Positions 12,269-26,409 of a stretch of DNA of 64,000 nucleotides are shown piece after piece; position 1 is the stretch's first letter; every line of letters starts with the position of its first letter. Origin of the DNA: Octopus vulgaris. Lineage: Eukaryota. A program made the position numbers and the translations under genes. The notes beneath the pieces are model-generated. The model ran no database searches, had not been told where the DNA came from, and saw only the letters and a program-made list of their open reading frames with translations. The stretch is from the NCBI GenBank assembly GCA_951406725.2, contig OX597817.1, positions 77,872,001-77,936,000 on the forward strand. Direction: 5' to 3'.

Positions 12269-12826
12269 CCAGCATCAGACACAACTACGGTTTCACTTGG
12301 TTTGACGAGTCTTCTCATGCATGACATATTGCAAAAGGTCTCAGTCACTTTATATTTTTCTCAACCAGTCTCAGAGAATCAGCGAACATCATAGTTGCCT
12401 CTGCTTCTCCCTTGACCAAACTATAACAAAAATGAAAACTGGACAAAGTGGGGTAGGCACCTTTTATTTTGTTCATATTGAGGTTTTTACTTTAAACTTC
12501 AATAGTCTCAGTTCTGGATTTTGTGACATCCGTGTTTCATTTCATTCTATATGCGTGTGTCATGAAATGTTTCTTAATATAATTGCAGGAATGATGCTTT
12601 TAAGTAATCTGTTTGTTCCTTAGAAATTCCAAGTGACAAGTCAATTGCTGGTTCCACAGAAACATGGAGCAAGAATGTTTGAGAAGTCATTTCTTTCATG
12701 GAAACACCAGGTAACTAGTAAATGGTTTTGCAATTAATTATATCATACACAAGCCAATGAGAAGCTTTTACATTATATATTTTGTTTTGCTAGAAATAGC
12801 AACCAAATTTCCTTCAAATTATATAT

Positions 12827-12990
12827 AGGCACAGATGTAGCTGTTTGGTAAGAAGCTTGCTTCTCAACCACATGATTCTGGGTTTAGTCCCATTACATGG
12901 CACCTTGGGCAAGTGACTTCTACTATTGCTGCAGGTTAACCAAAGCTTTATGATTGGACTTGGTAGATGGAAACTGAAAGAAGCCTGGTT
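12827..12990 (+). mobile_element. SINE family A, 5' half
   Basis: aggcacagatgtagctgtttggtaagaagcttgc...ggaaactgaaagaagcc. Confidence 0.8.
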
Positions 12991-13004
12991 GTGAAAAAAA
13001 AAAT

Positions 13005-13220
13005 CCTTCCTACTATAGGTACAAGGCCAGAAATTTGAGGAATGGGGCTAGCCGTTTACATCAATCCCAGTTACTCAACTGGTACTTATATTATTGACCC
13101 CCAAAAGGATGAAAGGCAAAGTCGACCCCAGTGGTAATAGAACTCAGAATGTAAAGACAGATGAAATGCCACTAAGCATATCACCTGGCATGCTAACGAT
13201 TCTGCCAGCTTACCATCTTA
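13005..13220 (-). mobile_element. SINE family B
   Basis: tcctactataggtacaaggcc...aaaggatgaaaggcaaagtcgac...ctaacgattctgccagct. Confidence 0.8.
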
Positions 13221-13659
13221 TAATGAAACTACTTATGTATTACTGTTAACCAATAGCATTTTAAGCTTTACACACACTGAACCATCTTAAAGTTTGCATT
13301 TAGCAGCGGTATCGGCCAAAAGCTTTCCACTAAGTCTCATTTGTCAGTATCCTTTCTCAGCTGCATTATTACCACTCTTCAGTTGACAGCAACGGAAATT
13401 CTCTAACTCATCATCAAGTTGCAGTAATTGTCTACCAAGCGGTCACTGAGAAAGTCTGATACGACCATATGTAATTTGTAGAGTAAACCATCCAAACTGG
13501 ACAGTGAAGATGATGAGGTTTTCTTTCTGCTTGTGCAGGTGGGTCTTATCTCATTAAATGTGGATTTATCTTTCCATACATTTAACAACATAGAAACTAA
13601 AGATAATCCAACAACAACATGGACTATTTTTATCTTCAAGAATATTAGTGTTTCAGATA

Positions 13660-13985
13660 TGCATAGGCTCAGTGTCAGGCTTACAATCATAAGGTAGTGA
13701 GTTCAATTCCTGGACCGGGTTGTGTGTTGTGTTCTTGAGCAAGACATTTTATTTCATGTTGCTTCAGTTCATTCAGCTGTAGAAAGGATTTGCGATGTCA
13801 CTAGTGCCAAGCTGTATTGGCCTTTGCCATTCCTTTGGATAACACCAGTGGCATGGAGAGGGGAGGCTGGTATGCATGGGTGACTGCTTGTCTTCCATAT
13901 ACAACTTTGCCTGAACTTGTGTGTAGGTGGGTAACTTTCTAGGTGCAAACCCATAGTTATTCATGACCAAAGAGAGTCCTTTAGT
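13660..13985 (+). mobile_element. SINE family D, near full length
   Basis: ggctcagtg...gagttcaattcc head followed by family D body and tail. Confidence 0.8.
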
Positions 13986-14017
13986 CCTGATGCAAAAGAC
14001 AGTAGAGGTTTACATTA

Positions 14018-14237
14018 GTACTCTTTTACTTGTTTCAGTCAGTTGATTGTGACCATGCTGGAGCACCACCTTTAGACGAGCAAATCGACCCCAGGACTTA
14101 TTCTTTGTAAGCCTAGTACTTATTTTATCATTCTCTTTTGCCGAACTGCTAAGTTACAGGGATGTAAATACACCACCATCGGTTATCAAGTGATGTTAGG
14201 GAGACAAACACAGATACACAAACATATACACACACAT

Positions 14238-14296
<59 letters not shown>

Positions 14297-14460
14297 TATG
14301 ACAGGCTTCTTTCAGTTTCCATTTACCAAATCCACTCACAAGGCTTTGGTTGGCTCGAGGCTATCGTAGAAGGCACTTGCCCACGGTGCCACGCAGTTGG
14401 AATGAACCTGGAACCATGTGGTTGGTAAGCAAGCTACTTACCACACAGCAACTCCTGCGT
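14018..14460 (-). mobile_element. SINE family A, full length with internal (TA)n
   Basis: Reverse complement of the 28202-28592 type sequence. Confidence 0.88.
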
Positions 14461-15149
14461 AATGTATATCTTTCATGCAGTTTGTTTTTAAATCTTAAGA
14501 TCGTAATTTCAATTCTCACTAAAAGGACATATGCCTGGAAACGTAGTGTCCTATATTTTTTGTTACATTTTGCGTTGCAGAATGTTTACACAAAAGTACA
14601 TGCTATAAATATAATAGATTTCTATTAAAGGTAACAGCAACAACAGCAACAACAACAACAACAGCAACAACAACAACAACAGCAATCACTCTTTGTGTTG
14701 CATCAGTTTCGTTTTTGTTTTCTATGTAATAAATTTTCAACAGACTGTAAAAAGTCCCCAAACACACAGAGGGAAAAACTAGCTTACACAATATACATTC
14801 TTTCCCAGATAAAAACTTAGTATTTTATCACAGACCATAATTACATACATGTAGCAGACTAGAACCAAGGTGATGATGGCATGAGATAACAAATAAATAA
14901 ATACAATATATAAATGTAATAAAAATAAAAAAAAAAGAATGCTCATCGCAGAGAATACTCGAAGCTTACTGCCAATAGGGATTCACTTTACTTAAAAACA
15001 ATAACAAAGCAGATAAGAATTTTAAAAGGGAATATATATACAAAACTAAATCAATATATATACATATATATATTCACACATACATATGCACATTTTTATA
15101 TGTATGCATCATTTTTCATCATCCTCCACCTCATCATCATCCTCCACCT

Positions 15150-15350
15150 CATCATCATCATTTAATGTCTGCTTTCCATGCTGGCATGGATTGGACGGTT
15201 TGACTGAGGGCTGGCTAGCTAGAAGATTGCACCGGATTTCAGTGTGTGTTTTGGTATGGTTTCTATGTCTGGATGCTCTACCTAACACCAACAACTCCAC
15301 AGAGTGTGCTGGTTACTATGTACGTGCCACTGGCATGGGTGCATTTGTGC
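15150..15350 (-). mobile_element. Repeat family C with (GAT)n tail
   Basis: catcatcatttaatgtctgctttccatgctggcatgg...ctggatgctctacctaacac; matches 30365-30650. Confidence 0.7.
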
Positions 15351-15503
15351 AGCATTGGAACACACGGTTCTTAATAAGTGGCACTGACACCTAAAAGGAC
15401 CAGCCTGCATGTCTGGAAAACAGTGATTTTACTTAGCTTGACATGCCTTATCAAGTACAGCAAATCACCACATCACCCAGTTCCTTGTGCTTTCCTCAGT
15501 GAA

Positions 15504-15552
<49 letters not shown>

Positions 15553-15913
15553 ATTAATAGAAGGGAATATAAAATTCCAAACTTACAGGGAAAAATTCAA
15601 TTTAGCAATACTAAATCAAATTTCACAATATATAATATATATATATATATAATTAAGAGACAAAACCTCTATTAAATAATTCAATTAATAGTGAAAGATA
15701 TTATCTATAATAAATCATATAGAAAGATTTTAAATATATTAAAATAAATATTATTCTAAAAATGATTAAATTAAATAAACACTAAATTGATTAATTTAGT
15801 GATTTTAAAAATAATATTTATTATAATATATTTAAAATCTTTCTATATGATTTATTATACATAATATCTTTCACTAATAATTGAATTACTTAATAGAGAT
15901 TATTTCTCTTAAT

Positions 15914-15920
<7 letters not shown>
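15553..15920. repeat. AT-rich dispersed repeat with internal palindrome (15645-15755 vs 15810-15920)
   Basis: Head aaacttacagggaaaaattcaatttag also at 55570-55740 (+), 59720-59865 (-) and 63600-63720 (-); imperfect ~110-bp inverted arms. Confidence 0.7.
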
Positions 15921-15971
<51 letters not shown>

Positions 15972-15974
<3 letters not shown>

Positions 15975-16140
15975 AGAATTCATGAAAAAACCAAAAGACG
16001 AAGACAGGTGGTGTAGAAAACAAACAGACGTATTAATATAATGCTCAGGAATTTGAAAAGTCTTTTACGTTTCGAGCCTACACTCTTCTTCAGAAAGGAA
16101 CGTAAAAAGAAACAAGGAGAGAAAAAAAAATGTGTGAATA
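15972..16140 (-). mobile_element. Hammerhead-bearing repeat, H1-related
   Basis: Follows (TA)n; shares atgctcaggaa...acgtttcgagc...ctcttcttcagaaa with the other H1 copies. Confidence 0.7.
16062..16097 (-). ncRNA. Minimal type-I hammerhead ribozyme motif (intact core)
   Basis: CTTT-CTGAAGA-A-GAGT-GTAG-GCTC-GAAA-CG-TA-AAAG: canonical CUGANGA/GAAA core, stem I CTTT/AAAG, stem II GAGU/GCUC, ACGU palindromic stem III, GUA cleavage triplet. Confidence 0.75.
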
Positions 16141-16146
16141 CATACA

Positions 16147-16548
16147 TACAGGGCACAATGGGTAACTTGCAGTCTTTTATATTTTTAATTTCGCACATAC
16201 ACATTGTTTGTTTTTGATTTTGTATAGTAGGGTTAGATGGGCACAGTCTGTAAGAAAAACAGCACCATGATGCTAGTCACTCTACCAGAAATTTGGAAAC
16301 GACATGCTGCACTGCTTGGTATTTGCACTGGAAGATCCAATACAAATATTTCAGAGTGTTTGGGTGTCAATATAAGGACAGTGCAATCTGAGGACATGTA
16401 CCGAGAGTGATAAAAATCAAATATCCAGTCAACATCATGGTGTTTGGTGTGATCACTAGTGATGGTGATGTCATGCCTCCATTCATCTTCCCACATTGTC
16501 TCACACTCAACATGGAGGCCTACATCAAGTGCCTGGAGCAGGTAGTGG
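16147..16548 (+). mobile_element. Tc1/mariner (maT/DD37D-like) transposon fragment, internally deleted
   Basis: TACAGGG start; N-terminal HTH-like WKRHAALLGICTGRSNTNISECLGVNIRTVQ joined to KYPVNIMVFGVITSDGDVMPPFIFPHCLTLNMEAYIKCLEQVV, resembling the maT catalytic-domain segment. Confidence 0.75.
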
Positions 16549-16571
16549 TGTGTATATATATGTGTGTGTGC

Positions 16572-16622
<51 letters not shown>

Positions 16623-16674
16623 TGTGTGGCTTAGTGGTTAAGGTGTTTGGCTCATGATCATAATAATATTTTTT

Positions 16675-16880
16675 TCAGCTATAGACACAAGGCCTGAAAT
16701 TTAAGGGGAGTGAACTAATCGATTACATCAACTCCAGTGCACAACTGGTACAGATTTTGTTGACCTCAATGATGAAGAGCAAAATCAATTTTAGCAGGAT
16801 CTGTATTCAGAAAGTAAAATCAAGGGAAATGCCACTAAACATGTTGTCCGATGTGCTAATAGTTCTTTCAGCTTGCTACC

Positions 16881-16932
<52 letters not shown>

Positions 16933-17025
16933 CAATAACAATAACAATAATAATAATAATAACAATAATTACAATAATAATAACAAAAATAATAATAATA
17001 ATCATGATAATGATAATGATGGTGG

Positions 17026-17070
<45 letters not shown>

Positions 17071-17312
17071 GATAATAATAATAATAATAATAATAATCCT
17101 TTCTACTAAATATACAAGGCCTAAAATTTGAGGGAGGGGATAGTCAATTACATCGATCCTAGTACTCAACTGGTACTTATTTTATTGACCCCCAAAAGGA
17201 TAAAAAGTAATGTCAGCCTTGGTGGCATTTGAACTCAGAACATAAAGATGGGTGAAATACTGCTATGCATTTTGCTCAGCATCCTAATGATTCTGCCGGC
17301 TCTCCGCCTTAA
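16675..17312 (-). mobile_element. Two SINE family B copies separated by (AAT)n/(GAT)n array
   Basis: 16675-16880 and 17097-17312 both reverse-complement family B; microsatellite 16881-17096. Confidence 0.78.
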
Positions 17313-18169
17313 TGACAATACTAACAGTAATAGGGATTTCTTTTAATAGTCATAGTGGCATAGATGAGAAGGAAATCATAAGGGTTGTCTGCAATTTGTA
17401 TGGAGGGGTTTACATAAAAGATTACATAACTGGGAATTTTCTTAGTTGGTTGCCAATTCTGATAGATCTCTATCAAAAAGAAGGATGAACAAGTCTGGTA
17501 TGTTACAATATAGTTTGTAGAGAAGACCGTCCATCTCTAGTTACCTACTTCATGCACCACTGAACATATCCATCCCCTATTTCAGTTTCTGAAATCAGAC
17601 TTTTGCAGCACCTTCCTCTCTCATTCTTCATCTGTCCACACCTTCCTCTATCATTCTGTGACAGGTCATTGAGACAGGTTTTGAAAACTACTGACCCAAG
17701 ACCATCCCTCTTCCCAAACACATTGCTTCACACATCCATCAAGGACTGGATATCACACATGTTTCACGATCTGTCAAAGACCATATCATGGCTCAACTGT
17801 CAGTATGTGCCCCGCCACCAAGTCCTTCACACTGCTTTACTATGCCTGGGCCTTTGCACACACACTTTATCTCAGACAATGGGCCTTCATGTTTAGTGTT
17901 CAAGAATTAGTCTCACTGCTCCTGCTACTTTGGCTTCAAAGTTCTTTCTGACAGCTTTTTCTAAGTTGGTGATAAATACCTACCCTCAACTAACCTTTTC
18001 TACAGCTGTTTCGTTATCATACCGGACTGATTCTACTTTAATTTTCATTTTCAGCTCCCACCACCAGCACCACTTGTTGTTTATAACTGCCTGAAACTGC
18101 TATTTCTAGTAGTACAAACGACCATGCATAATATTACCCACCATCAGAATTAACACAACTAGAATGTCA

Positions 18170-18439
18170 CTGCCACCACCACCATCACCATCACCACAAG
18201 TACAACCACTATCATACCACTCACACCACTGTTGCTACCTCAACTATAATCACAACCAGGACCACCACAACCACCACAATCACAGCTACTATTGTTATTG
18301 CTATTGCTACTACCATCATCACCACTACCAACAACAACAACAACACTACAACTACCACCATCACTATCATTCACCCATCACCACTACTACCACATCATTA
18401 TCATCACCACCACCACCACCACCACCACCACCACCACCA

Positions 18440-18474
<35 letters not shown>

Positions 18475-18500
18475 GCACCACCACCACCATAACTATTACT
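18170..18500. repeat. Degenerate (ACC)n/(CAT)n/(AAC)n trinucleotide field
   Basis: Visible arrays; the Pro/His-rich ORF is a by-product. Confidence 0.9.
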
Positions 18501-18667
18501 CCCACCATTGGTATCACCTCCATAATCCAGGAGTTCTGCCCACTTTCTGGACAGTATCAACAACAACATCAACAAGCATCAATGATGACAACAATGATGG
18601 CTCTAACAACAGCAAGCAAACCGAACCGAAACGAGCCACCACAATTTCAATTTGTTTCATTATTATA

Positions 18668-18708
<41 letters not shown>

Positions 18709-19457
18709 GATTATGATTTTTTTTTCATCCTAGATAAAAACTTAATATTTTATTACAGACCATAACAACATGTAACAGACTGGAACCCATGCGATGGCAT
18801 AAGATAAGGAACAACAACCAAAAGACAAAAAAATATATATACACGCAAACAAAACAAACAAAGCAACAAGCAAACAGACAAAACAAACAAAATGTTTGTC
18901 TCAAAAGAAGAATAACTCTGTCGGGCCGTTTGTATCCATTAGAGATTCAATTTAGCCTCTAATACCTCACCCTGATGGTTTTCATGCAGTTTTATCTGTA
19001 ATGGTTATGTTGGATATTTCTGTTTAAGCATTATCGGTCATCTTTCCAGGTTTGTAGTTTTGCATAGTTTCATGGTTTTCACTTAAAACTTATTGATTCT
19101 TTTAGCTTTTTTATTATTTTGTTTTACTAATAAGCCAAAATTCTGTAGGAATACACATGTGTATATGGATATGTATATGTGTGTGTATACATGTAAATGT
19201 ACATCTCTCTCTCACTCTCTCTCTCTCTCTCTTTTGCTATATATATATATATATATATATCTGTATGCTTGTATTTGTATATGCTAATTGTTGTATTATC
19301 ATAAGTTTGGAAATAGTTGTAACTGTATAGAGCTTGAACCAAATATGTAGAACGTACTCAATACTTAGGTAATATATATATATATATGTGAATGTGTGTG
19401 TGTGTATATACAAATATATACATATGTGTGTGTGTGTGTGTGTGTATTGTTTATTTT

Positions 19458-19675
19458 TTCATTTATTTCTGTCATTTGAATGTGGCCATGTTGGAGCATC
19501 GCCTGTAGTCAAACAAATCAATCCCTGAACATATTCTTTGTAAGCCTAGTACTTATTCTATCGATCTGTTTTGCCAAACCGCTAAGTTACGGGGACATAA
19601 ACGTACCAACATTGGTTGTCAAGCAATGGTGGGGTGACAAACACAGACACACAAATACATACATACATACAGACA

Positions 19676-19711
<36 letters not shown>

Positions 19712-19895
19712 TTTATATATATGTATATATATATACATACACACATTGGGCTTCTTTCAGTTTCCATCTACCAAATCCACTCACAAGGCTTCGGTTGGCC
19801 CAAGGCTATAGTTGAAGACATTTGCCCAAGCTGTAACACAGTAGGACTGAACCTAGAAGCATGTGATTGGGAAGTAAGCTTTTTACCATAAAGCC
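19458..19895 (-). mobile_element. SINE family A, full length, diverged
   Basis: Reverse complement of family A. Confidence 0.82.
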
Positions 19896-20069
19896 ATATA
19901 TATACATATATACATAGATGGATAAATGTGTGTGTGTGTGTGTATATGTGTATTATGTATATGTACTTCTATATATCTATTTATACATCCATATTACTTA
20001 TACACCAGCACTATTTGAATCAAACAATAGAAAAAAAACACAACATTATTACACCAAGTACATATATTT

Positions 20070-20168
<99 letters not shown>

Positions 20169-20194
20169 TAATGGAAGACAAAAACAGCTGCAGC

Positions 20195-20263
20195 ATCCCC
20201 TGCAGGATTTGAACATTGTGCCTGCTGTATACCATATGGCTGTGCTAACCACTACACCAAAGT
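20195..20263 (-). pseudogene. tRNA-like sequence (degenerate tRNA pseudogene or SINE head)
   Basis: Minus: tggtgtagtggttagcac (A-box-like)...gttcaaatcc (B-box-like) at tRNA spacing; the anticodon arm does not fold cleanly. Confidence 0.4.
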
Positions 20264-20487
20264 GGTATGACGTCTTTAGCAGCTAAGATGACTCATAAGA
20301 GTGACCTGTCGGCAAGGCTCCCATTCACACAGTATCACTGTATGGTGTCATTTTATACAATGCATACAGAGTGAGACAGAAAACAGTTCTATCATCTTCA
20401 CCTACAAGATTCCAATGCAGCATATGGCTCTGCCAACAACCACACTGAAATGACATCACAAGTTTCACTATCTAAATTATTAGACTT

Positions 20488-21730
<1,243 letters not shown>

Positions 21731-21850
21731 TATATACTCGGTCAAATTTTACTCACAAAATTTCAATAAACTGGGGGCTGTGACAGATATCAATTGTTTA
21801 AGTTGCCATGCAATAGGTTAAAACTGGAATGTTGCAGCAAGGCAGTCTTC

Positions 21851-22068
21851 TTAACCCTTTCGTTACCAACCCGGCTGAAACCGGCTCTGGCTCTGAGTAC
21901 AAATGTCTTGTTTTTATAAGTTTTGAATTAAAATCTTCCACCACACCTTTATGTTCCTAACACTAGCTGAATGATAACTAAGTTATTTTACTAAACTCTT
22001 TGTTATATTTAAAGTAATTCAAAGAAACACAGAGCATCTCAAAATAAATATGGCAATGAAAGGGTTAG
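21851..22068. mobile_element. piggyBac-like MITE
   Basis: TTAA-CCCTTTCGTTACC ... GGCAATGAAAGGG-TTAG: short CCC/GGG terminal inverted repeats with TTAA-like target site. Confidence 0.75.
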
Positions 22069-22664
22069 CCTATAAGCATATAAATCATCTGTATCAGATC
22101 CGAATATTCCACATGTTTTATGCCCAAACCAGCTAGATCTGGTCTTTCACACCTAACCTACGATGTTATTCTAATAATAAAAAAAATCCCATCATTGAAA
22201 TCTTGATACTAAATGGTTAATCATACAAGAAAGCATAAAGCCAAATGAGTCAAACTACCAGTATAAAACTCTTAAAAAAAAAAAACGGTTGTAGGGACTA
22301 GAATTGAACTAAGAACTCATGTGAGGTAATGTAATTTTAGAATGATTTTTCTGGAAACCAAAAGGTAGAGCGACTTAATATAATACATGAAAATAGATTT
22401 AGAAATAAACTTCATTGAAATTATTTGGAAGAAGAATTATAAAACTCCTTTGGAAAATTCTGAAGAATAATGCTTTCATTACACTAGGAACTAAATTAAT
22501 TCTGTTAGTATGTTAGCAACTATGGAATCACTTGAATAGAAATTTGATGCTTTGTGTCATTGACTCTTTTATATTAACTCCACACCAAACCGATATTGTA
22601 GAGCAGAGGTTAGCACTTTGCAAATGATCTACATTTTTGCCACTTCTGTAGATCATTTACTATT

Positions 22665-23170
22665 TGGATCTGGTCTTCCTTCTCTCTCACCTGCTTATCC
22701 CTCTTCCTTTTTTTCTTTTCCTTCTCCTCCTTCTTTGTTTCTTCTTCTTCTTTTTCTTCTTCTTCTTCTTCTTCTTCTTCTATTCCTTCACCTCCTTTGT
22801 TTCTTCTTCTTTTCCTTCTCCTTTGTTTCTTCTTTTCCTTCTCCTCCTTTCTTTCTTCTTCTTTTCCTTCTCCTACTTTCTTTCTTCTTCTTTTCCTTCT
22901 CCTCCTTCTTTGTTGTTTCTTTTCCTCTTCCTCCTTCTCCTTCTTTTCCCCTCTTTTTCTTCTCCCACTCCTCCCACCCTCCCATTCTTCTTCCCCCTCC
23001 TCCTACCCTGTCATTGTTCTTCTCCCCTCCTCCTCCTCCTTCTTCTTCTCCCCGTCCTCCAACCCTTTTATTCTTCTTCTCCCCTCCTCCTTCTTCTTTC
23101 TCTTCTTCATCTTCATCTTCTTCTCCCTTCCTCTTACCCTCTCATTTTTTTACTTCTGTTCCTCCTCCTG
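22665..23170. repeat. About 500-bp polypyrimidine (CTT/CCT-rich) tract
   Basis: Nearly pure C/T strand; the F/S/L/P-rich ORFs are artefacts. Confidence 0.9.
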
Positions 23171-23277
23171 TCCACCATTTCTCTTATGGATCAAACCATC
23201 TTCAACATTCAGTAGACATGAGCACACATATCCACTGGTGTGTGTGTGTGTGTTTGTAGTTGCATATCTGTATGTAT

Positions 23278-23332
<55 letters not shown>

Positions 23333-23398
23333 TATGCAATGATGTCTGTGTGTGCAGGGGATGTATGTATGTGAGTGTCCAGTTATCATAACCATGTT

Positions 23399-24060
23399 TA
23401 ACACTTTAGCATTTAAAGCAGCCATTTCTGGCAAAAATAATCTTCCTTTATTTTTACATTCAAACTGGCCAGATTCAGCCTCTCACACCTACCCTTCAAT
23501 GTCAACCTCAGCATAAACAATCACATCATTGAAATCTCAACTGTACGAGATATTGCATGATTAATTCGAAACATTGTGAACAAATGTTCTGAATAAATAG
23601 GCATAGGAGTGGCTGTGTGGTAAGTAGCTTGCTTACCAGCCACATGGTTCTGGGTTCAGTCCCACTGTGTGGCACCTTGGGCAAGTGTCTTCTACTATAG
23701 CTTCGGGCTGACCAAATCCTTATAAGTGGATTTGGTAGACAGAAACTGGAAGAAGCCCATCGTATATGTGTATATATATATATGTGTGTGCGTGTGTGTA
23801 TGTTTGTGTGCCTGTGTTTGTCCCCTCAACATCGCTTGACAACTGATGCTTGTGTGTTTACATCCCCGTAACTTAGCGGTTCGGCAAAACAGACTGATAA
23901 AATAAGTACTAGGCTTACAAGGAATAAGTGCTGGGGTCGATGTGCTCGATAAAAGGTGGCACTCCAGCATGGCCACAGTCAAATGACTGAAACAAGTAAA
24001 AGAGTAAATGAGTAAATAAAAATTAGATTTGACAGAGAAATATGAATGCTGAAGGGTTCA
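23399..24060. mobile_element. piggyBac-like MITE interrupted by a full-length SINE A (23599-24010, +)
   Basis: TTAA-CACTTTAGCATT ... AATGCTGAAGGG-TTCA termini; related pieces at about 22095-22220 and 31398-31435. Confidence 0.65.
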
Positions 24061-24606
24061 CTATCCAATGATATTTGAACGGAAATGTTTGTTATTCTCC
24101 ACGTGTAGTGATCCACATAGCCTGATATAGCATATTTGTGATTTGTGATTTGTGTTTGTGAGTATCATAATTTTAGTTCTTTAGACATGTAAAGAAACAA
24201 CAAAAACAAAAAAAAATCTGCTTTGAACAACAGAAACGACGAAGGAGTAATTCCCCTTTGAAATAACCAATGTAACAAAATAACAAAATGGTGGACATAC
24301 CATCATCATCATCATCATCATCATCATCATTGTGTCTGCGTCCAGCCCGCCAAGCTTTATCTGTATTATGCCTTTATGGCAAATGTAATGAAATAAAGAT
24401 GCTTCTGATAATATCAGAAAATATAAAATGTTTATAGAGTTGAGTAGGAAATATCTGAGGGTGAACTACAAAATTTTATTTGTAATCAACTTTTTTACAG
24501 CATATACCTATATATTAAAGGATATTTCTAAAATTTTATAACTATGCTGATTTCAGTGTAATTCATGCATGCATATATGCATATAGAATTATATATTTAT
24601 AGATAC

Positions 24607-24639
<33 letters not shown>

Positions 24640-24913
24640 TGTATGTATGTATGTATGTATGTATGTATGTATGTATGTATGTGTGTGTGTATGTATACAC
24701 ACATAGACACATGCACACACACACACTACTTTCTCTTTCCTTTTTACTGAGTCATTCTTCTATTAAAATTATATTCCACTTTGTTGCTTCTACAATTTCC
24801 ATTCACACATTCATTCATTTAGATTTGACATTCTTTTTGTATACACATATGTACATGTGTATATATGCAGAAACACACACTCACACATCTTTCTTTCTCT
24901 CTATCTCTCTCCT

Positions 24914-24974
<61 letters not shown>

Positions 24975-25129
24975 ATATATATATATATATATATATGTGT
25001 CAAATAATACTTTAATTGTTCCACGTCCTCGCGTTGCTGTGTTTTTTTCTGTGTTTTCTTGTTTGGATTAACTATATATATATATATATATATATTTTTT
25101 TCCTTCCTTTTGACCACTTCTGTCTTTTT

Positions 25130-25337
25130 AGTATGTGACCTCATGTAGACTACCTGCTATTTTTTTTTTCCTCTGTCCTCCCGTCTCGGGATGTTTCTTT
25201 CTCCTATGTTTCCGACGAAGAGCTCCACTCGAAACGTCAAACCCTCCTTCTTCCCTTCTTTCCTGAGCGTCCAATAATACTTTATTTGTTCCACATCCTT
25301 GCGTTGTTGTTTTTTTGCTTTCTTGTTTGGATTAACT
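25130..25337 (+). mobile_element. Hammerhead-bearing repeat H1, preceded by a partial second 3' end at 24998-25072
   Basis: Reverse-complement homolog of 1853-2068; bounded by (TA)n. Confidence 0.75.
25208..25242 (+). ncRNA. Minimal type-I hammerhead motif (U4C variant)
   Basis: GTTT-CCGACGA-A-GAGC-TCC-ACTC-GAAA-CG-TC-AAAC; GUC cleavage triplet, stem I GTTT/AAAC. Confidence 0.65.
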
Positions 25338-25339
25338 TT

Positions 25340-25385
<46 letters not shown>

Positions 25386-26353
25386 CATTGAAATAACATT
25401 ATGTAGCTTCTCCTTTGATTTCATTTCACTGACAGAAGGTTGGATACTGTCTGATGAAATGACATGGTTATGCAATAATGTGAAGTTATGTACATATTTT
25501 AGCAAAGATAGAGTAAGACACAAGACTGAAAATAACAAGAATGTCAAATCTAATGAACAAATGAATGAATGTGTGAATGAAAAGTGTAGAAGCAATAAAA
25601 TAGAATATAATTTTAAAGGAAGAATGAGTCAGTAAACAGGAAAGAGAAAATAGTACAAATGGAAAACAAGTAAAATGATTGCAAGCCTTAGTAAAACATC
25701 GATGATGTAAGTAAAAAAACAGATGAAATAAATAAAATTGCAATATTTTTGTTATTTTTCTTTATGTATTCCTTTATAATTATATTTATTGGAGGATAAT
25801 CTAGATATATTTTTTTCAATTTTTATGTAAATTTTATTTTAATCTTATTTAATTTTTTTCTATTTATTTATTATTCTTTTGCTCAAAATTATAATACCCT
25901 AAACAATTTTTTTTATAAACTCAGTAAACATAAAAAGCAAAATAAACAAGCAAAAAATAATCTCAGAAGTAAACACCATTGGAAAAAAACAATATGTTTT
26001 GTATTGAGTATTTTTCTTTATTCTTTTGATTATTGATGACTGTTTAGTATTTGAAAATAAGGTAAAATCCTTATTAAATCACAAAATAAAAAACTTAAAA
26101 CTAATAATAATAATAATAATAATGATAATAATGATTATTCTTTCTGCTCTTGCCAAACAGCTTGAAATTTTGGGTAAGAGGGCTAGTCAATTACATTAGC
26201 CCTTGGGCTTGACTGATACTTTTTCATCACCCCTGAAAAGGTGAAATGCAAAATCAACCTTGGCAGAATTTGAACTCAGAATGTGAAGATGGATGAAAAT
26301 GCTGCTAAGCATTTTGCTCACCATAATAATGATTCTGCCAGTTCACTAGCTTT

Positions 26354-26406
<53 letters not shown>

Positions 26407-26409
26407 TTG

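Noticed and set aside
13290-13660. Possible degenerate RT fragment on the minus strand (VVKCMER, SDFLSDR)
   Set aside because: Only short motif resemblance across frames; needs BLASTx, too weak to call.
17520-18060. Possible RTE-like LINE 3' remnant
   Set aside because: No convincing contiguous motif by eye.
22618-23342. Long overlapping 181-213 aa hydrophobic ORFs
   Set aside because: Stop codons are absent because the strand is almost pure pyrimidine; not protein-coding.
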